The notes under the pieces are model-generated. The model ran no database searches, was not told the origin of the DNA, and saw only the letters and a program-made list of their open reading frames with translations. From the NCBI RefSeq assembly GCF_000186885.1, contig NC_014972.1, positions 1,380,001 through 1,412,000 on the forward strand: 32,000 bases of DNA, in the 5' to 3' direction. Made by a program: the position numbers and the translations under genes. This document shows positions 7,921 through 16,495 of this stretch, in pieces (position 1 is the first letter of the stretch; every line of letters begins with the position of its first letter). This stretch comes from Desulfobulbus propionicus DSM 2032 (lineage in GTDB: Bacteria; Desulfobacterota; Desulfobulbia; Desulfobulbales; Desulfobulbaceae).

Positions 7921-10278
7921 CTATGCGGTGACAGGGCCGTGCTGCTGTTCGAGATGGACAATCAGCAGGGCGAGCAATATGAGCAGATGGATCTCCCGGG
8001 CCGAGGCAGAGCCGTTCACCACCCGATGGCCGGCTTCGCGGATGAACAGCGGGGCAGGCACGCTGCCGAGCAACCGCTCCTTGAGGGCGCCAACGGCCTG
8101 ATCGGTGCACCCCTCCAAGCGAACGCCATCCGTCATCAGGGTTTCCAAGCCGTCGTGCAGGTGCCGCTGGCACAGATCGGTGCGGTAATAGTTCTCGGCG
8201 GCCTGGTTGAAGGCTTGGGTGCCCACCCGCATGGGATCGGTCTCCCGCCCCAGGGTGGTGAGGATGTCGCCGGTCAGCCGGGCCGCTGCCGTGGGTTCGG
8301 TGCCCTCCAGCATGGCGTCGACACGGTCGAGGAGCGACACCGCCTCCTGGCCGTCCATGGCGCATTGCTGCCGGAGCAGCGCCAGACAGGCCCGGTGATA
8401 GGCGGCCACTTCGATGCGCAGGTATCCCCGGTAGCGGCGACTGGGCCGCTGCCGGTCCGCCAGGGCGAGGATTCGGCGCAGCAGGGTGTTGCGGCTGTCC
8501 GCCCGGATAAACACCGTGGGTACACCGATGGCGGTGGCAAAAAAGATCTGCCGCCGCTCGCTCTCGGTGCAGGGGTCGTCGGGGATATCGGCGTGGCGGA
8601 CAGTGCCCGCAAGCACCCAGCGATAGGCCAGGCGGGTGACCAGGGTCTGCAGGTCGACGGCCAGGGCAAAGGTCGGGCCGAGGTCGGGAAAGAGCGAATA
8701 GTGCCGGCCCTCGAATCCGGAGAAACCAAAGGCGGCCAGGGTCCGCATCCGGTAGGGCAGGTAGATCGCCATGCGGCTGTCATAGACCCCCATCTCGGTC
8801 AGATCCTGTTTCAGCCGCTCTTGGTTCCCCATGACCCCGTCCAGGGCCGGGCTCTGCTCGACGCTCTGCAGGGCTACCAGGTAATCGATCAGCCGGACGT
8901 CGGGCAGGAAGTCACCGCGCAGCCGTAGCAGGGTGCTGGTCAACCGGTCGAACCACTGGGGGCCCACCGGGGTGAAGCTGTGACCGCAGAACCGCAGCGC
9001 CGCCTTCTTCTTCCATCGGCGCCACAGCATGCGCAGGTGGGTGTAGTCCAGTTCATGGGGCAAATAGCCCATCACCTTTTCCGGATGGAAGTCGCTGAAG
9101 CTCAGGCGATGGGGCGCGGCCGAGCAGGTGGTGACAAAGAGCGGCAGGAAGTGCTCGACGATCTTGATCACCAGATCGCCGAAGTACTTTTCGCAGATCG
9201 CGCCTTCCGGGCGCTGGTACCACCCGCTGAGCAGGCGACTGCCCAGGGTGATGTGGGTGCCGTTGTTGGCCAGGGAAGTGGAACTGGTGTTGGGGAGCAC
9301 CACCAGATTGTTGACGATGATCCCGGCCTCCTTGAGTTTGGCGATGGTGTTGAGCTGACTGCGGGACAGGGTGCGGTGGCAGAGCCCCATATACGCCTTC
9401 TTCTTCTCGCCGCGCGGCCAGCCGGACAGGCAGGGGTTGACAAACAGCTCGCGGTAGAACTGATCGGAGATGAGCTCGTTGAGGGCCTTCTGGCGGGCCG
9501 GCGGGTTGGGCGCCAGATACAGGCGGCACTGCTGGCCGTGGTGCTCCAGGCGGAACGCCTGGTTGGCATACTGGATGAGCAGTTGCAGGATCAGGAACCG
9601 GCGGCTGGTTTCCCGGGCGGTGCTGCGGCCGGGGAGGGTGGCCGCATCGCCGCTGGCCAAGGAAAAGCTGGTCACTTCGGGCGAACAGTTGTCGCTGATC
9701 AGGTGAGCCATCAGCCGCTCCCCGGTCTGGAGGAGCAGCGGCTCGGCAGGGTCGGCCTGCCCGAGGGCATCGGCCAGCGCCAGTTTGAGCAGATAGCTGA
9801 CCGGCACCCGTAGCCAGGGCTCTCCCTCGCGGGAAAAGAGAAAGGAATCGATATCCTGGCGTCGAGGACCCGCTGGATTGGCCTTGTCGGCCAGCAGATC
9901 GTGGTGCAGGATGGAGGCGGCATGGGTGGAGAGCAGGCGGCGGGGGAATCTGACCCAGGAGTTCTCCCAGATCTGGGTCTGCTGCGCCCCGAGAAAGGCA
10001 TCGAGATCGGCCAGCAGATGGGGACTGAGGTCGCCGCGCCGGGCCCGCAGGGTCAGGTTGTTGTAGTAGCGCGAGCCGAGGATGGTCAGGGGGAGATCGA
10101 CCTCGGTGGATCGGCCTGCAACGGCCACCTGAAACTCGTTTTCCACCCCCACGGTGACATCACCACCGGTGAACGGTTGCGGGTTGGCTTCCCGCTGCAG
10201 GTGCAGCCGGAACGGCTCGGTTCGGTGCAGCAACTCGTTCTGGTCTCCGGAGATCGGGGTCGGCAGGGATACGGTCAT
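7921..10278 (-). CDS. Uncharacterised 785-aa protein, encoded 11 bp upstream of psd
   Basis: Long clean ORF with ATG at 10278; TVGVENEFQVAV near the N-terminus and NNGTHITLGSRLLSGWYQRPEGAICEKYFGDLVIKIVEHFLPLF centrally. No family confidently recognised. Confidence 0.85.
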   Translation of the reverse strand: MTVSLPTPISGDQNELLHRTEPFRLHLQREANPQPFTGGDVTVGVENEFQVAVAGRSTEVDLPLTILGSRYYNNLTLRARRGDLSPHLLADLDAFLGAQQTQIWENSWVRFPRRLLSTHAASILHHDLLADKANPAGPRRQDIDSFLFSREGEPWLRVPVSYLLKLALADALGQADPAEPLLLQTGERLMAHLISDNCSPEVTSFSLASGDAATLPGRSTARETSRRFLILQLLIQYANQAFRLEHHGQQCRLYLAPNPPARQKALNELISDQFYRELFVNPCLSGWPRGEKKKAYMGLCHRTLSRSQLNTIAKLKEAGIIVNNLVVLPNTSSTSLANNGTHITLGSRLLSGWYQRPEGAICEKYFGDLVIKIVEHFLPLFVTTCSAAPHRLSFSDFHPEKVMGYLPHELDYTHLRMLWRRWKKKAALRFCGHSFTPVGPQWFDRLTSTLLRLRGDFLPDVRLIDYLVALQSVEQSPALDGVMGNQERLKQDLTEMGVYDSRMAIYLPYRMRTLAAFGFSGFEGRHYSLFPDLGPTFALAVDLQTLVTRLAYRWVLAGTVRHADIPDDPCTESERRQIFFATAIGVPTVFIRADSRNTLLRRILALADRQRPSRRYRGYLRIEVAAYHRACLALLRQQCAMDGQEAVSLLDRVDAMLEGTEPTAAARLTGDILTTLGRETDPMRVGTQAFNQAAENYYRTDLCQRHLHDGLETLMTDGVRLEGCTDQAVGALKERLLGSVPAPLFIREAGHRVVNGSASAREIHLLILLALLIVHLEQQHGPVTA

Positions 10279-10372
10279 CGCTCGTTGTCGGTTGCAGGGA
10301 TCGGTATCGTTCGCTGGCCAGCAGCATAGCGGGGGCGTGTTTGCTTCCGGCTTTGATCCTGTCAGGTTTGCG

Positions 10373-12295
10373 TCAGGAAGCGATCATGTCGGACAGCAGC
10401 CGGACTGGCGTCACCTGCTCGCGTTCACCCTTCCTGCCGGTCTCAAGCTCACCGGTCACCGCAGGTGCAGAATCCGTCATGATCGCGGCCTCGGGCAGGA
10501 ATCCATCCTCTGTACTCTCCAGGCGCATCGCCTCCAATTCCCTGACGTTGCCGTCGAGGAGGTCGCCGAGCTGCAGGGCAATCTCTTCGGCGTATCGGCG
10601 GGCATCGGCAGAAAACTGCAGTACCCCAGCCGCCGCCGCATGCACCTCGGTGATGCGGGTCGACACCTCCCTGGTATTCTCTTCGGTGGCGGCGCTCAGG
10701 GCAACGATGCCTCCGGTCAGTTCGCGCTGCCCGTCCACGGCCGAGCCAATGGCAGCGGTTACCTGGTGCAGTTGCTCCGCCCCGTGTTCCAGGGTGTCGA
10801 TCGAGGTGATGAACGAGGTGCAGATCGCATTGATGGCCTCAATCTTGGTCAGGACGTCCTGGGTGGCATGGGCCGTATTCTGGGAGAGTTTCTTGACCTC
10901 TTCGGCGACCACGGCAAATCCGCGCCCATGCTCGCCGGCCTTGGCCGCTTCAATGGTGGCATTGATCGCCAGGATGCGGGTCTGCACGGTGATGGCCTGC
11001 ACCGTGGCCACGATGCCGTCAATTTCAGCCACCGACCGGCTCAGACCTTCAAGCATGTGGCGGGCCTGGTCGATTTCCGCCCGCATGGCCCTCTCCTCCC
11101 GGTTTTGGACCGCCAACTGCTGGTGGATGCCATCCACCACCGTGCTGATCTGCTGGGATGCCGCGCTCACCTGGTCGGTCCGCTTGGCAGTATCGCCGGC
11201 CAGCACCGCCACATTCTCCGCGGCCTGTTTGGTTGCCTCGGCCACTCCCTGCAGGGTATGGGACATGGTGGCCATCTGCCCGGCCCGCTCATTGAGGCGG
11301 TGGATGGCCTCGGTCATTGTCCCGACCAGGGTTTCAATCCGCCGCCGGTCTTTGGCCTTGCTTGCCTCGAGCTGTTGCAGGGACAGCAGGGCTTCCCGGA
11401 AAGAGCCGATGGCCCGGGCCAGCACCCCGATCTGATCGCGTCGCCGAGACCAGGGTATCTCGGGGAACTGGCCGGCGCTCAACGCTTCCACCGCCCGCGT
11501 CAGGTGATGCAGCGGCCGTTCAACGATGCTCCGGGTGAGGAAGAAGAGGACCAGCACATTAGCTGCAATCGCCGCCAGGCCAACCCCGAAACTGAAGCGC
11601 CGCTGCTGCCTGCTGGCCTCCTGCATGCGCTGCTCCTGCTGGGCGATCTGATCGATGTAGCCCAGAATCTCGGTGCGGCTTTTTTCCGCCTCGATGCTTT
11701 TATCGGCGGCAAGGCCGCGCAAACGGCCAATGCCTTCCTCTATCGCCGTTGGACGGCTTGCCTCGCTCTGCACCGTGGCCAGCAGCCGTTGCCGGTCCGT
11801 CTCGGCTTGGCTGCTCACCAGGAGAAGCCTGTCGATATCGGCGGTAAAAGCGCCTCCGGCATCAAAGAGGCCATAACTCAGCACCGGTTGATCGTTCTCG
11901 ACGGTGACCACCATCAGCCCATTGGCCAGATCGCGCTTCTCGGTGCGCGAGTAGAGCGCGGCGTAGCTTTCCCGACCGGAGAGGCGTTGGCGCTCTTGGA
12001 TCTGAAATTGTCGTTCGACCTGCGTAAGAACGCTGGCCTTCGGGTCGGTGGTGAACAGTTTCGGCAGCCCCATGAACTCGTTTTGCAAGGTGACGATCGT
12101 CTGGCGCAGATTGGCATCCACCTGGTCCCGGATCGCCAGCACATCCGCCATCATCCCTTCCAGCCGGGCGGTGGCCCGGTGATTGACGAACAACAGAGCT
12201 CCGATGCAACAGTTGGAGGCCAGGGCGACACCCAGTAACAGTTTGCATCCCACGGTCAGCCAGCCGGTGCCGGCGGTCGATGTTTTTCTGGTCAT
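10373..12295 (-). CDS. Methyl-accepting chemotaxis protein
   Basis: N-terminal TM, periplasmic domain, second TM (AAIAANVLVLFFLTRSIV), HAMP-like region and MCP hairpin core ILAINATIEAAKAGEHGRGFAVVAEEVKKLSQNTAHAT. Start chosen at ATG 12295 (MTRKTSTAG). Confidence 0.95.
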   Translation of the reverse strand: MTRKTSTAGTGWLTVGCKLLLGVALASNCCIGALLFVNHRATARLEGMMADVLAIRDQVDANLRQTIVTLQNEFMGLPKLFTTDPKASVLTQVERQFQIQERQRLSGRESYAALYSRTEKRDLANGLMVVTVENDQPVLSYGLFDAGGAFTADIDRLLLVSSQAETDRQRLLATVQSEASRPTAIEEGIGRLRGLAADKSIEAEKSRTEILGYIDQIAQQEQRMQEASRQQRRFSFGVGLAAIAANVLVLFFLTRSIVERPLHHLTRAVEALSAGQFPEIPWSRRRDQIGVLARAIGSFREALLSLQQLEASKAKDRRRIETLVGTMTEAIHRLNERAGQMATMSHTLQGVAEATKQAAENVAVLAGDTAKRTDQVSAASQQISTVVDGIHQQLAVQNREERAMRAEIDQARHMLEGLSRSVAEIDGIVATVQAITVQTRILAINATIEAAKAGEHGRGFAVVAEEVKKLSQNTAHATQDVLTKIEAINAICTSFITSIDTLEHGAEQLHQVTAAIGSAVDGQRELTGGIVALSAATEENTREVSTRITEVHAAAAGVLQFSADARRYAEEIALQLGDLLDGNVRELEAMRLESTEDGFLPEAAIMTDSAPAVTGELETGRKGEREQVTPVRLLSDMIAS

Positions 12296-14097
12296 AACAG
12301 GGAGGTTGTTTCTGGTTGAGGACACAGCAAGGCACGGTGTGTTTCACTGTCCTGTGGTTCGCGTAGAACGCTTGGGGATGCTAGTTCGTGGATATAAAGG
12401 CTGCTGCCGGCGATCCGTTTGGCGCGGTGTTTGGCGAACGACGCCTCTTCCGAAATATCGATGGGGCAGCGGTGCAACGAAGGACACACCACCACCGCGC
12501 CCACCGAAAGGGTCATGGTGCCATAGCGCTGTTCCCGCCCTTCCCGATCCAGCGCGACGATGACACTGCCGATGTGGCCGTTGTACAGACCACCGATGCT
12601 TTCATCGAATTGGCGGAGGATGCGCTCGACAATCTGTTGCCAGCCACCACTGCGAAAGATGACCACAAAATCGTCACCACCGATGTGGCCGATGAAATCG
12701 GTCTGGTCGTCGATATTGGCGGTGAGCAGTTCCGCCAGGAAGCGCAGCACCTTGTCGCCCCGGCTGAAGCCGAAAAAGTCGTTGAATGGTTTGAAGTTGT
12801 CGAGGTCGAAATAGCAGACGGTGAACGGAACATCGGCGCGGAACAATTTCTGCAGCTGTTGCTGGATCGGCACGTTGCCCGGCAGCATGGTCAACGGGTT
12901 GGCATGCCGGGCGCGGCTGACCTGCAATTTGGTGATTTCATGGAGGAGATCGATCAACCGCCCCGTACCGGCCAGTTGGCCGTCATCGAGGATGATGAAC
13001 TCATCGGTGTGGATGTTCAAGGAAGTGGTCAAGCGGTAGCTGGCCTCCTCCAATGACATGCGCTTGTCCACCTGCATGACGTTGCGGTTGATGAAACGGA
13101 GGATCGGCTGCTTGCCATAGAGTTCCTTGCCGTAGAGACTGGCATAGAGGTTCATGAACTCACGGCGCAGGACCAGACCCAACACCTCGTTTTCATGGAC
13201 AACGACGATCGATTCCAGATCGGGTGTCGAGGTGAACAGCGCCCCCACCTCCAAAACCTTGGCCGTCGCCTGGACGGAAACGGCCGGCCGCACCAGCATC
13301 TCCATGGCTGGAGATTCCTCCTCGGCCTGGCGGAGTTCCTTCCTGAACAACCTGGAGGCAATGGTCACCGGCGGTATCGGCACCGGCCGGCCAAAGTAGT
13401 AGCCCTGGAGCATTTCCACCCCGATCTTGCGCAGGGTGGCATACTCCCCCTCGGTCTCCACGCCTTCGGTGATTACCCTGCATCCCAGGGCGGTGGCCGT
13501 TTTCAGAATGGTGGACACAAACTGCTGTTTGGTGCGGTCCTGATCGACCCCCTGAATGAAATGACGGTCGATCTTGACGATATCCGGCCGGATCTCGGAC
13601 CAGAGCTTGAGCCCCGAATACCCGGCGCCCAGATCGTCGAGGGCCACCCTAAACCCCATCTCCTGGTAATGGATCATCGCCTGCTGCATCAGCCGGATAT
13701 CCTCGACCGGATGGGTTTCGGTCAGTTCGATAATCAGCTGGGAAGGGTTGAGCCGGGCCTGCTCGACCAATTCCAAGGTCAGACCTTCGCGAAAATGCTC
13801 ATGCGTCAGGCTGTAGGGGTCGACGTTGATGAACAGCCGGCCGGGCAGGTTGAGTTGGGCGAAACGATGAATGACCATTCTTCGGCAGAGCAGGTCGAGT
13901 TCAGCCAGCCGATCGGCCTTGGTCGCCGCCTCGAATAGACGGGTGGGCGAATAGAGCACGGTGTTGACCGGACCGCGTACCAGGCCTTCATAGCCATAAA
14001 TTTGCCGGGTTTGCAGGTGGATGATCGGTTGAAAATGGACGGTGAGTTTCTGCTGCCGGATCACCGTCTCCAGGAGGGTTTCTGTTTTCTGGTCCAT
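12292..14097 (-). CDS. EAL - CBS-like - GGDEF(GGDDF) domain protein (cyclic-di-GMP turnover)
   Basis: EAL motifs YEGLVRG, NVDPYSL, IIELTETH, ALDDLGAGYSGL, VITEGVETE; CBS-like region VGALFTSTPDLESIVVVHENEVLGLVLRREFM; C-terminal DNFKPFNDFFGFSRGDKVLR...IGHIGGDDFVV. Confidence 0.95.
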   Translation of the reverse strand: MDQKTETLLETVIRQQKLTVHFQPIIHLQTRQIYGYEGLVRGPVNTVLYSPTRLFEAATKADRLAELDLLCRRMVIHRFAQLNLPGRLFINVDPYSLTHEHFREGLTLELVEQARLNPSQLIIELTETHPVEDIRLMQQAMIHYQEMGFRVALDDLGAGYSGLKLWSEIRPDIVKIDRHFIQGVDQDRTKQQFVSTILKTATALGCRVITEGVETEGEYATLRKIGVEMLQGYYFGRPVPIPPVTIASRLFRKELRQAEEESPAMEMLVRPAVSVQATAKVLEVGALFTSTPDLESIVVVHENEVLGLVLRREFMNLYASLYGKELYGKQPILRFINRNVMQVDKRMSLEEASYRLTTSLNIHTDEFIILDDGQLAGTGRLIDLLHEITKLQVSRARHANPLTMLPGNVPIQQQLQKLFRADVPFTVCYFDLDNFKPFNDFFGFSRGDKVLRFLAELLTANIDDQTDFIGHIGGDDFVVIFRSGGWQQIVERILRQFDESIGGLYNGHIGSVIVALDREGREQRYGTMTLSVGAVVVCPSLHRCPIDISEEASFAKHRAKRIAGSSLYIHELASPSVLREPQDSETHRALLCPQPETTSLL

Positions 14098-14677
14098 GGT
14101 CCTGAGGGTAACTATTTACTTGAATGCCTTGCCGCGTAAGCATTTTCAGGCATTGGCCTGTGCAATGAGTGTTTCTACCGACCTTGTGTTACGCTTGGAT
14201 TAACTTTTGGTTGGAGGTTGGTTTACTCCCATCCAGCCATCGAGGGAGTATTTCAGGTTGGGTTTCCGCAAGCATTCATGAGTACGGCTGAGCGAATGTC
14301 GCCGGTACCAGCCGCAGCGTCATGACAGTGACGCCGACCACCTTTCCGGAGGCAACCAGGAACTTTCCAATCCAGGAGGGGAGGAAAAGGGCTAATATCT
14401 TTGTTTTTTCAAGATGTTGGTCTGGGTGAAAACCGGATGGAAATATTTTTATCTTTTATATTCAGATGATAACTAATTTTATATTGAATTCGTTTTTTTC
14501 TATACCCGGTCTTCTGGCCGGTTTGTGCTCCCGTTCGGTTTATCTGTAATTTGATATTGGCTGGCGATGCAAAATCGGGCCTGTCAGCTCTACATCTCTT
14601 TTCATTGAGTGTGCACGCTGGTAAGTTCTATACGCAGCAGAGGGAGACAACGTAAATCTTCACCACGGGAGATTGTC

Positions 14678-15031
14678 ATGAACGAAGCCCTGGCACGGAG
14701 TTTTTTGCAGGCGGTCGTATTTTTTCTCTTCCTCCTGTGCGCACCATTCTCGTTGTTCAGTTCATCCAGTTGGTCTCAATCCGGCTCAGAAACCTCGGTG
14801 GCCATACGAGCAACCCCATTTGTGCCGCCAGCCCTTTCCTATGCCTCTGTTTTTGAGAACTATCATGGCTACCAGGATCAAGAGGTCGCTTCCTGGCTGG
14901 AAGCCAACGAAACCGTTGGACACATTGGTGGCTGGCGGTCTTACCTTGAAGAAGCATCCCAATCTCAACAAGATCAAATACCTCCGGCCGAAGACGCTCA
15001 CCACCCTTCCGGACATGGAGGCAAACCATGA
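14678..15031 (+). CDS. Small exported hypothetical protein in copper-resistance-like cluster
   Basis: From ATG 14678: MNEALARSFLQAVVFFLFLLCAPFSLFSSSSWS (signal-like) then EVASWLEANETVGHIGGWRSYLEEASQ; ATGA overlap with the next gene. Confidence 0.65.
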   Translation: MNEALARSFLQAVVFFLFLLCAPFSLFSSSSWSQSGSETSVAIRATPFVPPALSYASVFENYHGYQDQEVASWLEANETVGHIGGWRSYLEEASQSQQDQIPPAEDAHHPSGHGGKP

Positions 15032-16461
15032 GACTTTATTGCCTATCCCCACCATCCTTCTATGTTTTTTTGCTGACCCTGTTGTGCCTCTCCGGGTGCG
15101 CGCGGGTAAATTTCGAAGAAACCTTGACTCGGACCAACCAGGCAGCTGCGGAGTTTACCGATGGCAACCTTGCCTTGGCGCAAACAGCTGAACAACGCGC
15201 TTTCAATACAAAAACAGCGGAAACACTGCTTGCTCAACCTGTGAACCAGCAAGAAGCTGTGCATCTTGCCTTGGTCAACGACCCTGCCATGCAGGCCATG
15301 CTGGCCCAACATTGGTCGGATGCAGCCCGTGCGGCGCAATCAGGTCGCATGGCCAACCCCCTTCTGGTCTTTGAACGCACAACGTTGGCGGACGAGATTG
15401 AATATGAACGTTTGCTGGCATTTGGCCTGCTCGACGTGCTGACCTTGCCGTTCCGTTATGCCAGCGCCCAACGCCGTATCGAACAGTCGCAGGTGCGACT
15501 CGCCATGGATGTGGTGGACAAGGTCACCCAGGTCCGTCAGTCGTGGGTGAGGGCTGTGGCTGCGCAACAACAGCTCAATTATGCACGGCAAGTGAATGAG
15601 GTCGGCGAGATCAGTGCCGAACTCGCCCGTCGCATGCAGCGGGTTGGGAACTTCAACCGGTTGCAGCGAGCCCGGCAGCAGGCCTTCTATGCCGATGCGG
15701 CAACCCAATGGGCTTTGGCGCAACAGCATGCCATGGCGACTCGGGAAGGGCTGGTTCGTGTTCTCGGGCTTTCGGACGACCAGGAAAAAAAACTCAAGCT
15801 GCCGGAAAGGCTGCCTGATTTGCCCGAAGCTCCAAGGGGGCCGGAAGAGGTTGGCAAGGCCGCACAGAGAGGACGATTGGATATTCAATTGGCCAAGACA
15901 GCCTTTGCCGCGGCAGCCAAAGAGCAAGATTTGACCTTGATCACCAGCCTGACGGATATCGAGCTTGGGGTTCGTTACGATACCGTCTTCGATGATGCGG
16001 CCGGCACCCGTGATAATCGGAAGGGGTATGAAATAACGGTGCGTTTGCCTGTGTTTGACTGGGGAGATATGCAACGTGATGCCATGGATGCTCAGACCTT
16101 GGCCGCGGCCAACCAGTTGGAGGCGACCGTGCGCGCTGCCGGCTCCCAACTGCGGGAAACCTATGCCGCTTACCGCACGGCCTACGATGTAGCCAGACAT
16201 TATCGCGACGAGGTCCTGCCGTTGCGCAAGGTGATCTCCGAAGAGAATCTGCTCCGTTATAACGGCATGCTGATAGGAGTGTTCGAGTTGCTGGCCGACA
16301 CGCGGGATCAGATCGACACAGTCAGTGCCGCCATCAATACGCAGCAGGATTTTTGGTTGACCAACGCTGCCTTGCAGGCAGTCATCATAGGCACCCCTTC
16401 CATGGTGCAGGCTGGAAAAGAAACGGGAAAAATCCGTCAACGGGCCGAGCAGCCGCATTGA
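15028..16461 (+). CDS. TolC-family outer-membrane efflux lipoprotein
   Basis: Lipobox LLCLSGC; Gln/Ala-rich coiled-coil organisation with MANPLLVFERT...LGVRYDTVFDDA...LPVFDWGDMQRD, as in CusC/NodT-type proteins. Confidence 0.85.
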   Translation: MRLYCLSPPSFYVFLLTLLCLSGCARVNFEETLTRTNQAAAEFTDGNLALAQTAEQRAFNTKTAETLLAQPVNQQEAVHLALVNDPAMQAMLAQHWSDAARAAQSGRMANPLLVFERTTLADEIEYERLLAFGLLDVLTLPFRYASAQRRIEQSQVRLAMDVVDKVTQVRQSWVRAVAAQQQLNYARQVNEVGEISAELARRMQRVGNFNRLQRARQQAFYADAATQWALAQQHAMATREGLVRVLGLSDDQEKKLKLPERLPDLPEAPRGPEEVGKAAQRGRLDIQLAKTAFAAAAKEQDLTLITSLTDIELGVRYDTVFDDAAGTRDNRKGYEITVRLPVFDWGDMQRDAMDAQTLAAANQLEATVRAAGSQLRETYAAYRTAYDVARHYRDEVLPLRKVISEENLLRYNGMLIGVFELLADTRDQIDTVSAAINTQQDFWLTNAALQAVIIGTPSMVQAGKETGKIRQRAEQPH

Positions 16462-16495
16462 GCGCAGGGAAAGACAGAGAGTTAAAGGAAGATCG

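Noticed and set aside
7055-9813. Plus-strand ORFs opposite psd and the 785-aa gene (7055..8101, 7939..8928, 8980..9813)
   Set aside because: Typical shadow ORFs; breaks and composition do not support coding, whereas the minus-strand frames are long and continuous.
10154-12238. 694-aa plus-strand ORF opposite the chemoreceptor
   Set aside because: Shadow of the MCP gene; no family signature, and the minus-strand MCP core motif is unequivocal.
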